Below are positions 1 to 7,295 of a stretch of DNA of 27,074 nucleotides, in pieces. Every line of letters begins with the position of its first letter. The stretch's first letter is position 1. Location: NCBI GenBank assembly GCA_036258775.1, contig DATADA010000183.1:1-27074 (forward strand), given 5' to 3'. The DNA is from Candidatus Limnocylindria bacterium. GTDB taxonomy: Bacteria; Chloroflexota; Limnocylindria; QHBO01. A program made the translations under genes and the position numbers. The notes beneath the pieces are model-generated. The model saw only the letters and a list, made by a program, of their open reading frames with translations, was not told where the DNA came from and ran no database searches.

Positions 1-389
1 GCCGCGGGCCTCGTCGTCCTGGGCGCGTGGCTGCGTGCCCGCCGCCGCCCGGCGGCCGCGGCGAGCACGGCAAGCGGCACGAGCCACGCGATCGGGTCCC
101 GCGGCGCCAGCAGGATCCACTCGCCGTAGCGCCCCACGAAGTGCTCGCGGATCTCGGCCGGCGTGCGGCCGGCCGCCAGCTGACGCTGGATCTCGGCGCG
201 GATGGCGTCGGCCGCGGCGGTGCGCGACTCCGCCACCGACAGCCCCTGGCAGTCGGGGCAGCGCAGCTCGGCCGCCAGGCGCGCCGCGCTGGCGCCTTCG
301 CCGGGCGCCGGCGGGACCACCGCGCGGTACGCCACGATCCCGGCGATCGCCAGGAGCACGGCCGCGGCGGGCAGGGCGAGCCGCGTCAT
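1..389 (-). CDS. ccmH: Cytochrome c-type biogenesis protein CcmH (3' end truncated or rearranged at the window edge)
   Basis: Not in the ORF track; translated by hand. ATG at 389-387 overlaps the ccmG stop (ATGA). Reads MTRLALPAAAVLLAIAG...AELRCPDCQGLSVAESR...IREHFVGRYGEWILLAP...WLVP, with the CcmH LRCxxCQ motif. No stop before position 1. Confidence 0.9.
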   Translation of the reverse strand, partial: MTRLALPAAAVLLAIAGIVAYRAVVPPAPGEGASAARLAAELRCPDCQGLSVAESRTAAADAIRAEIQRQLAAGRTPAEIREHFVGRYGEWILLAPRDPIAWLVPLAVLAAAAGRRRARSHAPRTTRPA

Positions 390-913
390 CGGCCGCTCAC
401 GCCGAGCGCGGCGAGCTGCTCGTCGACGACCTGCTGGCTGAGCGGGCCGAACCACTTGAAGCGGACGATCCCCGAGGCGTCGACGAAGTAGGTCTCCGGT
501 GGGCCGGTGACGCCGAGGTCGAGCGCGATCCCGCCGTCCGGATCGAGGAGCGTCGGCCAGCCCCCGTCCCCGTAGCGCGCCAGCCAGCGGCGCGCGGCAT
601 CGGCCTCGTCCTGGTACAGGAGCCCCACGACGCTCAGCTCGTCGCCGTGCTCCGCCTCGAGCCCGAGCAGCACGGGATGCTCGTCGACACACGGCCCGCA
701 CCAGCTGGCCCACACGTTGACGATCGCGGGCCGGCCGCGCAGGGCGTCGCTGGCGAGGCGTTCGCCATCCAGCGTCGCCGCCTCGAAGGGGGGCAGGGGC
801 CGTCCGATGAGCGGCGACGGCACCTCGCGCGCGTCCCGGCTGAACCCGGTCAGGAGCAGCCAGCCGACGGGGAGCACGAACACGGGCAGCACCAGCCACC
901 TGAGCCTGCTCAT
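386..913 (-). CDS. ccmG: Thiol:disulfide interchange protein CcmG/DsbE (TlpA-like thioredoxin)
   Basis: Real start is the ATG at 913 (MSRLRWLVLP), which overlaps the ccmF stop. N-terminal membrane anchor, then VNVWASWCGPC, GVTGPPETY. 175 aa. Confidence 0.93.
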   Translation of the reverse strand: MSRLRWLVLPVFVLPVGWLLLTGFSRDAREVPSPLIGRPLPPFEAATLDGERLASDALRGRPAIVNVWASWCGPCVDEHPVLLGLEAEHGDELSVVGLLYQDEADAARRWLARYGDGGWPTLLDPDGGIALDLGVTGPPETYFVDASGIVRFKWFGPLSQQVVDEQLAALGVSGR

Positions 914-2952
914 CGGGCGCTCTCGGCGGTCGCGGCCGCCACGGGGCCCTCGGCGTCGGAGACCGACAGCGAGGACGGGCGCCGCGCCCGCTCGCGCGCC
1001 GGCTGCGGACGGCGGTCGGGCCACGCGGCGAAGATCGCACCGGCGACGGCGACACCGCCGCCGGCCCAGATCCAGGCGACGAGCGGGTTGACGAACACCG
1101 CGAACGACGCCACACCCGTCGCCGGGTCGTGGCCGAGCAGCGTCACGTACAGGTCCTCGCCGAGTCCGGACCGGACGGCGGGCGTCAGGATCGGCGTGGC
1201 CGAGCTCGGATACTCCCGCACGGCGGCGACCAGCGAGCCCCGCTGCGGGCCGGTGTAGTCGAGGTGCGCCCGCGTCTCGGCCACCCGGGCGTCGTCCGCC
1301 AGCGGCCCGCGGTCGACGCCCCGATACGTGAGCGTGTAGTCGCCGATCCGGATCGTCTCGCCCGGCCGCACCGTCCGCTCGGTGCTGTGCGCCGCGGTCG
1401 AGCTGATCGCCACGGCGACCGCCATGACGAGCACGCCGAGATGAACGACGTAGCCGCCGTAGCGACGTCGACTTCGCGCGACGAGGCGCCATGCCGCCGT
1501 CGGCACGGCCTCTCCGCGGCCGCCTGCCCTGGCCCGGGCGCCACGCACCCACTCGTCGGCGATCACCGCCGCGACGAAGCCGGCGAGCGCGAGCGTCGCG
1601 ATCGCCGCTGGATCACGCGCGCCGAACAGGAGCGCCGCCGTGCCGACGACGGCGGCGACGGCCAGCGGGAGCGCGAAGCGCCGCCTGACCGTCTCCCACG
1701 ACGCCGCACCCCACGGCAGCGCGGGGCCGACGCCCATCACGAACAGGAGCGCCAGGGCGATCGGCACGGTGACGGCGTTGAACCATGGCGCGCCGACGCT
1801 GACCCGCACGCCGCTGATCGCCTCGGCGAGGAGCGGGTAGAGGGTCCCGAACAGGACGGCGAAGGTCAGCGCAACGAAGAGCACGTTGTTGAGCAGGAAC
1901 GCGCTCTCGCGGCTCACCGCCGCGGCCGGACGGTCGGCGACGGCGAGATCCGGCAGCCGCCAGATGATGAGCGCCACCGAGGCGGTGAGGGCGAGCAGCA
2001 CGCCCCCCAGGAACCACGGGCCGATGGCCGACTGCGTGAACGAGTGGACGCTGGCCACGACCCCCGAGCGGGTCAAGAACGTCCCCAGGATGGTGAACAC
2101 GAACGTCGCGCTCACCAGCGTGACGGTCCACGTCCGCAGCCCGCCGCGGCGCTCGGCGACCATCGATGAGTGCAGGAAGGCGGTCGCCGTCAGCCACGGC
2201 AGGAGCGCGGCGTTCTCGACCGGGTCCCACGCCCAGTACCCGCCCCAGCCGAGCACCTCGTAGCTCCACCAGGCACCGGCCACGATGCCGGCGGTCAGGA
2301 AGATCCACGCCGCCAGCGTCCATCGCCGGGTCGTCCGCAGCCACTCGGCGCCGAGCCGGCGGGTCACGAGCGCCGCCACGGCGAACCCGAACGGGATGGC
2401 GAGGCCGGTGTAGCCGAGGTACAGCAGCGGCGGGTGGAGCCCCATGAACGGGTGGTTCTGCAGCAGCGCGTTCGGGCCGGGGCCCTCGCTCGGGACCGGC
2501 GTGATGCGGACGAACGGGTCCCCGGGCCACACCATGACCGCCAGGAAGAAGACCAGGCCACCGGCCAGCGCCGCGCCGACCCACGGCATCAGCGCGACGT
2601 GGCGGTGCCGGTATCGGTACAGGACGAGCGCCGCCCAGCCGCTGGCCAGCAGGGTCCAGAACAGGATCGAGCCCTCGAGCGCCGCCCACAGGCTGATGAC
2701 GCTGAAGAACGGCGGCGTGGTGGTCGCGTTGTTGCGCGCGACGTACTCCACGCTGAAGTCGTGGCCGAGCAACGCCGCGACCATGGCCCCGCACGCGAGC
2801 AGGGCCGCGGCGAAGGTGAGGTAGATCGCGGTCCGTGCGCTGGCGAGCACGCCGGTGTCGCGGCGCAGGCCGGCCGCCACGAACGCGACGAGGGCGTAGA
2901 CGGTCAGCGCCAGCCCGACCACGACCGACGCGTGTCCGACGACCGCGGTCAC
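910..2952 (-). CDS. ccmF: Heme lyase CcmF/NrfE family subunit
   Basis: 680 aa polytopic membrane protein with NHPFMGLHPP, the WWD-type motif WSYEVLGWGGYWAWDPVENAA, and TRSGVVASVHSF. GTG start overlaps the ccmE stop. Confidence 0.97.
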   Translation of the reverse strand: MTAVVGHASVVVGLALTVYALVAFVAAGLRRDTGVLASARTAIYLTFAAALLACGAMVAALLGHDFSVEYVARNNATTTPPFFSVISLWAALEGSILFWTLLASGWAALVLYRYRHRHVALMPWVGAALAGGLVFFLAVMVWPGDPFVRITPVPSEGPGPNALLQNHPFMGLHPPLLYLGYTGLAIPFGFAVAALVTRRLGAEWLRTTRRWTLAAWIFLTAGIVAGAWWSYEVLGWGGYWAWDPVENAALLPWLTATAFLHSSMVAERRGGLRTWTVTLVSATFVFTILGTFLTRSGVVASVHSFTQSAIGPWFLGGVLLALTASVALIIWRLPDLAVADRPAAAVSRESAFLLNNVLFVALTFAVLFGTLYPLLAEAISGVRVSVGAPWFNAVTVPIALALLFVMGVGPALPWGAASWETVRRRFALPLAVAAVVGTAALLFGARDPAAIATLALAGFVAAVIADEWVRGARARAGGRGEAVPTAAWRLVARSRRRYGGYVVHLGVLVMAVAVAISSTAAHSTERTVRPGETIRIGDYTLTYRGVDRGPLADDARVAETRAHLDYTGPQRGSLVAAVREYPSSATPILTPAVRSGLGEDLYVTLLGHDPATGVASFAVFVNPLVAWIWAGGGVAVAGAIFAAWPDRRPQPARERARRPSSLSVSDAEGPVAAATAESAR

Positions 2953-3428
2953 GGGCGGCCCGGTTCCTCCGCCGGCACGAAGACGCTGCCGCCGGGCGTC
3001 TCGCCGGGCGCGGGCGCCTCATAGTTCTCGTCGTGCTTGACGATCACGCGCGTCGCCCGGAAGACCCCGTCGACACCCAGCGTGCCCTCCACCACGGCGC
3101 CGGTCCCCTCCCGGAACGAGCTGGTGGGGGCGCTGTCCGCCCGGACGGCGACGTGGGTCTGGCCATCGGTCAGGACGAAGCGCAGGTCGGTGGGTGGCCC
3201 GCTGACGCTGCCCGGCTCGACAAGCCCTCCCACCCGCACCGTCTCGCCGACCGCCCGCTCACCGCGGGCGACCAGCTCGCTGGGGGTGAGGTAGTAGACC
3301 AGCGCACTGCCGATGCTGCCGAACGCCAGGAGCACGATCGCGCCCAGCGCGACCGCCGCGCCCAGGACGATCCCCCACCGGCGGCGGCGGCGCGGCAGCG
3401 CCGGTGGCGCCGGGGCGCGGACGGTCAT
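2949..3428 (-). CDS. ccmE: Heme chaperone CcmE
   Basis: ATG at 3428 (MTVRAPAPP) overlaps the ccmD stop. One TM segment, YYLTPSE, VRVGGLV, FREGTGAVVEG and the heme-binding HxxxY motif KHDENY. 159 aa. Confidence 0.95.
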   Translation of the reverse strand: MTVRAPAPPALPRRRRRWGIVLGAAVALGAIVLLAFGSIGSALVYYLTPSELVARGERAVGETVRVGGLVEPGSVSGPPTDLRFVLTDGQTHVAVRADSAPTSSFREGTGAVVEGTLGVDGVFRATRVIVKHDENYEAPAPGETPGGSVFVPAEEPGRP

Positions 3429-3550
3429 CGCTCGTCGTCCCGGGCTCGCTCCCGCGCGCGGCGCAGGCGCCTGCCGAGAAGCAGGGCGTAGGCCGCCAGT
3501 CCACCCAGGATGACGCCGTAGGCCGCGATCACGAAGCCGGCGTCGCTCAT
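3425..3550 (-). CDS. ccmD: Heme exporter protein D (CcmD)
   Basis: 41 aa, MSDAGFVIAAYGVILGGLAAYALLLGRRLRRARERARDDER: one TM plus a charged tail. Sits between ccmC and ccmE with ATGA overlaps on both sides. Confidence 0.85.
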   Translation of the reverse strand: MSDAGFVIAAYGVILGGLAAYALLLGRRLRRARERARDDER

Positions 3551-4260
3551 CGGGCCAGCGCCTCCCCGCGGACGGCCGCGACGCGCTCGCGGCGCACCTC
3601 CTCCTCGCGCCGCTGCTCGAGCCGCGCAAGCTCGTAGCGCCGGACCATGAGGTACGCCCAGGCCAGCGTGAAGGCGACGAGCATGCCGACCAGGGCGGCG
3701 ACGAACTGCCCGGGTGCGGGCGGATCGAAGACGCGGTCGGGGGCGAGGAAGGTCGGCGGCTGGTGCAGGCCACGCCACCAGATGACGCTGAAGTGGACGA
3801 TCGGGATGTCGACGGCGGCGACCAGGCCGACCACCGCCGCGCGGGTGGCGCGGCGCAGCGGGTCGTCGGTCAGGCGTCGGACCAGCAGGTAGCCGACGTA
3901 GAGCGCCAGCAGCAGGGCCGTGGTCGTCAGGCGCGGGTCCTCCCACTGCCAGAAGACGCCCCACACCGGCCGGCCCCACATCATCCCGCCCCAGATGGCG
4001 AAGGCCGTGAACATGACGCCGATCTCGGCGCCGGCGTGCGCGGCCGCGTCGAAGCGAAGGTCGCGGCGCACGAGCCACAGCAGCCCGCCGACGGCCGTCA
4101 CCGCGAAGGACAGGTAGCCGAGCCACGCCGAGGCAACGTGCGGGTACATGATCCGCTGCGCGTCGCCCTGGTTGGCGTCCGGCGGCACCACGAAGAGGCC
4201 GAACCCGGTCGCCGCCGCGACGGCGGCCACCGCCGCCCAGCCGAGGATGCGCGTCGCCAT
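3547..4260 (-). CDS. ccmC: Heme exporter protein C (CcmC)
   Basis: ATG at 4260 (MATRILGW). QRIMYPHVASAW, tryptophan-rich WGRPVWGVFWQWEDPRLTT, VHFSVIWWRGLHQP. 237 aa. Confidence 0.96.
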   Translation of the reverse strand: MATRILGWAAVAAVAAATGFGLFVVPPDANQGDAQRIMYPHVASAWLGYLSFAVTAVGGLLWLVRRDLRFDAAAHAGAEIGVMFTAFAIWGGMMWGRPVWGVFWQWEDPRLTTTALLLALYVGYLLVRRLTDDPLRRATRAAVVGLVAAVDIPIVHFSVIWWRGLHQPPTFLAPDRVFDPPAPGQFVAALVGMLVAFTLAWAYLMVRRYELARLEQRREEEVRRERVAAVRGEALAR

Positions 4261-4267
4261 CGGCCGC

Positions 4268-4957
4268 TCAGTCCTCCAGGACGAAGCCGTAGGCGGCCGC
4301 ACCGGCGACCAGCATGACGACGTCGAAGGCCGCGAGCAGCTGCAGCCACGCGACGAGCTCGCCGAACGGGTCGCCGGTCAGCGCGGCGGCGGTTGCCTTC
4401 ACCGCCGCGAGCAGGAGCGGCGCCGTGACCGGCAGCAGGAGCAGCGGCAGCAGCACCTCGCGGGCCCGCATGCGGACGGTGAGGCCGGCATAGAAGGTGC
4501 CGGCCGCGCCGAAGCCGACCGCGCCGAGCACCACGGTGACCGCCAGCGGCAGCCATCCGGCGGCCGGATCGAGCCCGTACAGGACCGCGACCGCAACGGT
4601 CAGGAGCGCGCCGAGCAGCAGCATCGCCGCCGCCGCCGCCAGCGCCTTGCCGGCGTACAGCGCGCGGCGCGAGACCGGATAGAGGGCGAGCTGCTCGAGC
4701 GAGCCGTCCTCCGCCTCGAGCTCGTGGAGCCGCGCGACCGCCAGCAGACCGGCGAAGACGAGCGCCAACCACAGCAGCCCGGGCGCCGCCTCGGCCAGGC
4801 GCCGCGCATCGGGCCCCAGGGCGAAGCCGAACAGGAGCAGGACGAGAGCCGCGAAGAAGACGGTGGAGACCGCGGCGTGCCGGCCTCGCAGCTCGGCGAG
4901 CGCGTCCTTACGGGCGACGGCCAGCGCCACGCCCAGCTCCCGGCGCACCGAGCTCAA
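4268..4957 (-). CDS. ccmB: Heme exporter protein B (CcmB)
   Basis: 229 aa hydrophobic protein: ARKDALAELR, APGLLWLAL, REVLLPLLLLPVTAPLLLAAV. TTG start overlaps the ccmA stop (TTGA). Confidence 0.93.
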   Translation of the reverse strand: MSSVRRELGVALAVARKDALAELRGRHAAVSTVFFAALVLLLFGFALGPDARRLAEAAPGLLWLALVFAGLLAVARLHELEAEDGSLEQLALYPVSRRALYAGKALAAAAAMLLLGALLTVAVAVLYGLDPAAGWLPLAVTVVLGAVGFGAAGTFYAGLTVRMRAREVLLPLLLLPVTAPLLLAAVKATAAALTGDPFGELVAWLQLLAAFDVVMLVAGAAAYGFVLED

Positions 4958-5757
4958 CGCGAGGCGCCCGCGGTGAGCACCCCGTCACCCACGGCGTGCG
5001 GCTGGTCGGCGGGCCGCGCCGCCGGCGCCCCGTCGAGAAGGCGGACGGCGCCGCCCCGGGCCTCGACGGCCACGCCGCCCTCCAGCCGGAGCGTGCCGTC
5101 GGCCTGTGCTGCGATCCGGTCGGCGGCGTGCGAGGCGACGATGACCGCGACGCCCGCGTCCCGCCAGGCGACGAGGAGCCGGTCGACGAAGCCCATCGCG
5201 TCCGCGTCGAGGGCAGCGTACGGCTCGTCGAGCAGCACCAAACTCGGAGAGCCGAGCAGCAGTCGCGCCAGCCCCAGCCGACGCCGCATGCCGGCCGAGT
5301 AGCCTCGGACCCGGCGGTCCGCCACTCCCTCGAGGTCCACCGCTGCCAGCGCGGCCGCCACCCTCTCCCTCGACTCGACGCCGCCGAGGCCGAGCAGGGT
5401 CGCGGAGAAGACGAGGTTCTCGCGCGCGGTCAGGTCGCCGTAGAGCGCGGTGGCGTGCGACAGGTAGGCGACCCGTTCGCGCACCTCGATCGGGTTGACG
5501 GCCGGATCGAGGCCGTCGATCCGCACGCTCCCCCAGCTCGGGCGGATGGCCGTGGCCAGGATCCGCAGCAGCGTGGTCTTGCCGGCTCCGTTCGGCCCGA
5601 GCAGGCCGACCACCCTCCCGGCGTCCATGCCGAACGAAACGCCGGCGAGGGCCGGCGTCTCCCCGAAGAGGCGGGCGACGTCGCGGGTCACGACGGCGGC
5701 CGGCGGCGAGTCGAAGAGCCCGCGGGAGCGCGGGGAAACGTAGATCGTCTGCGGCAT
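4954..5757 (-). CDS. ccmA: Heme ABC exporter ATP-binding protein CcmA
   Basis: Start taken at ATG 5757 (MPQTIYV), downstream of a clear promoter. Walker A GPNGAGKTT, signature YSAGMRRR, Walker B LLDEP. First gene of the ccm operon. Confidence 0.92.
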   Translation of the reverse strand: MPQTIYVSPRSRGLFDSPPAAVVTRDVARLFGETPALAGVSFGMDAGRVVGLLGPNGAGKTTLLRILATAIRPSWGSVRIDGLDPAVNPIEVRERVAYLSHATALYGDLTARENLVFSATLLGLGGVESRERVAAALAAVDLEGVADRRVRGYSAGMRRRLGLARLLLGSPSLVLLDEPYAALDADAMGFVDRLLVAWRDAGVAVIVASHAADRIAAQADGTLRLEGGVAVEARGGAVRLLDGAPAARPADQPHAVGDGVLTAGASR

Positions 5758-5794
5758 GCTCGACCGAGCGACGGACGGAAGGGTGGCCGATCCG

Positions 5795-5823
5795 AGTGTG
5801 CGGCCTGCCGCCGGGGGCGTCAA
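5795..5823 (-). promoter_or_regulatory. Sigma70-type promoter of the ccm operon
   Basis: Minus strand reads TTGACG-N17-CACACT, ending about 37 nt upstream of the ccmA ATG. Confidence 0.65.
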
Positions 5824-5830
5824 ATGAGCC

Positions 5831-5853
5831 GCGGCGTAATCGGCGGCGTAATC
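5831..5853 (+). repeat. 11-bp direct repeat GCGGCGTAATC x2 with 12-bp period; candidate regulator site
   Basis: Exact copies at 5831-5841 and 5843-5853, in the divergent ccmA/cupredoxin intergenic region. Confidence 0.7.
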
Positions 5854-5886
5854 TCGGCTGACAGATCCAGCGATCGAGGAGAGCCG

Positions 5887-6327
5887 ATGACGATCACGAA
5901 CAGCGGCCTGCCCGCCCTCGGGCTGGCCGTCCTGCTCCTGCTCCTGCTGGCGGCGTGCGGCGGCGGGACGGCCACCGCACCGCCCACCGAGTCGGCCGGC
6001 GAGGACCACGGCGCGCATGAGACCGGCGCCCCGGCCGAGACCGGCGCCGGCGGCGGGGAGTCGATGGAGGTGGCACTCGCCGACTTCGCCTTCGCGCCCA
6101 CGGAGCTCACGGTTCCCGCCGGCACGACGGTGACCTTCACCAACGAGGACTCGGCGCTCCACTCGGTGAGCGAGGGGAGCGACGGGCAGGTGGCAGATGA
6201 CGCGGCGTTCGACGAGGACGTCGAGGGCGGGGCGAGCGTCGAGATCACCTTCGACGAGTCGGGCACCGTCCAGGTCACCTGCAAGTACCACCCGTCGATG
6301 AACATGACGGTGACCGTCGAGGGCTGA
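5887..6327 (+). CDS. Cupredoxin (plastocyanin/azurin-family type 1 copper) lipoprotein
   Basis: GAGGAG RBS then ATG at 5887. Lipobox LLLAAC, FAFAPTELTVPAGTTVTFTNED, His in ALHSV, C-terminal CKYHPSM supplying the Cys/His/Met ligands. 146 aa. Confidence 0.92.
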   Translation: MTITNSGLPALGLAVLLLLLLAACGGGTATAPPTESAGEDHGAHETGAPAETGAGGGESMEVALADFAFAPTELTVPAGTTVTFTNEDSALHSVSEGSDGQVADDAAFDEDVEGGASVEITFDESGTVQVTCKYHPSMNMTVTVEG

Positions 6328-6370
6328 CCTGCGCCGCCCGGCGGCATCGGTTGCCCGGCCGGGGGGTGGA

Positions 6371-6379
6371 TGCTAGCCT
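6371..6379 (+). promoter_or_regulatory. Extended -10 element upstream of the HxlR-type gene
   Basis: TGcTAGCCT ends 10 nt before ATG 6390; no obvious RBS. Confidence 0.4.
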
Positions 6380-6389
6380 TCGGCGCCTG

Positions 6390-6767
6390 ATGGACGCCGC
6401 CCCCGCCGCCGATAACGGCGCGCAACCCCGGCGCCGCGCGGAGCGGCGCGCAGCGGCCCAGCAGGCGGAGTCGGAGGCGACGACGGCCCTCAACGTGCTC
6501 GGCCAGAAGTGGGTGCTGCGCATCGTCAGGGAGCTGGGCGGGCGCAAACGGCGGTTCTGCGAGCTCCAGGACGCACTCGGCGGCGCGAACTCCGCCACGC
6601 TCTCGCAGCGGCTGCGGCTGCTGGAGGAGGAGGGCGTGATCGCGCGCCGCATCGTGAGCAGCGTGCCGCCCTGGGTCGAGTACTCGCTCACCGACAAGGG
6701 GGTCGACCTGCGACGGGCGATCTCGGGGATCGAGAGCTGGGCAGACCGCTGGTCGAGGCGGGCATGA
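6390..6767 (+). CDS. HxlR-family winged helix-turn-helix transcriptional regulator
   Basis: LNVLGQKWVLRIVREL, RRFCELQ, TLSQRLRLLEEEGVIARR, PPWVEYSLTDKG all match the HxlR/DUF24 pattern. Confidence 0.9.
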   Translation: MDAAPAADNGAQPRRRAERRAAAQQAESEATTALNVLGQKWVLRIVRELGGRKRRFCELQDALGGANSATLSQRLRLLEEEGVIARRIVSSVPPWVEYSLTDKGVDLRRAISGIESWADRWSRRA

Positions 6768-7252
6768 GCCATCCGATCGCCGAGGAGCGTCCCACCGCGC
6801 ACGGCGACGCGCTCAACGCGGTGCGGTCGGGGATCGCCGAGGGGTTCGACCCGGTCGCGGCCGCGCAGCGCGCGGTCGACCTGCTCCACGAGCGCTTCGG
6901 GCACTACGACTGGGTCGGCATCTACTGGGTCGACGGTGGCGATCTCGTCCTCGGGCCGTGGCGGGGGCCGGAGGCGACCGAGCACACGCGGATCCCGATC
7001 GGCACCGGCATCTGCGGCGCCGCCGCGGCGAGCGGCCGGACGGAGATCGTCGACGACGTCGACGTCGACCCGCGCTACCTCGCCTGCTTCGCGAGCACGA
7101 AGAGCGAGATCGTGGTGCCGATCCTCGAGGGCGGGCGCGTGGTCGGTGAGATCGACATCGACGGCGCCGATCGCGCCGCCTTCGACGACACGGACGCCAG
7201 GTTCCTGGAGGAGGTCGCCGCCCTCCTCGCGCCGCTCCGACCCCGCGCGTGA
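6764..7252 (+). CDS. msrC: GAF-domain protein, probable free methionine-(R)-sulfoxide reductase (MsrC/YebR family)
   Basis: ATG 6764 overlaps the upstream stop. YDWVGIY, LGPWRG, IPIGTGICGAAA, RYLAC, SEIVVP, GEIDIDG. The two Cys sit in the GxCG and (H/Y)xAC motifs of fRMsr. Confidence 0.75.
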   Translation: MSHPIAEERPTAHGDALNAVRSGIAEGFDPVAAAQRAVDLLHERFGHYDWVGIYWVDGGDLVLGPWRGPEATEHTRIPIGTGICGAAAASGRTEIVDDVDVDPRYLACFASTKSEIVVPILEGGRVVGEIDIDGADRAAFDDTDARFLEEVAALLAPLRPRA

Positions 7253-7265
7253 GGTCCGGGCGGCG

Positions 7266-7288
7266 CGCCGTAACCGCCGCCGTAGCAT
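7266..7288 (+). promoter_or_regulatory. Promoter region of the ECF sigma gene: CGCCGTA x2 (12-bp period) and -10-like TAGCAT
   Basis: CGCCGTA at 7266-7272 and 7278-7284. TAGCAT at 7283-7288 lies 7 nt before ATG 7296. Confidence 0.5.
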
Positions 7289-7295
7289 CGGTCGC

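Noticed and set aside
5758-6291. N-terminal extension of CcmA in the 445-aa ORF, and the 443-aa ORF 4996-6327 as a large cupredoxin
   Set aside because: Each extension is antisense to the other real gene. A promoter and an RBS support the starts at 5757 and 5887.
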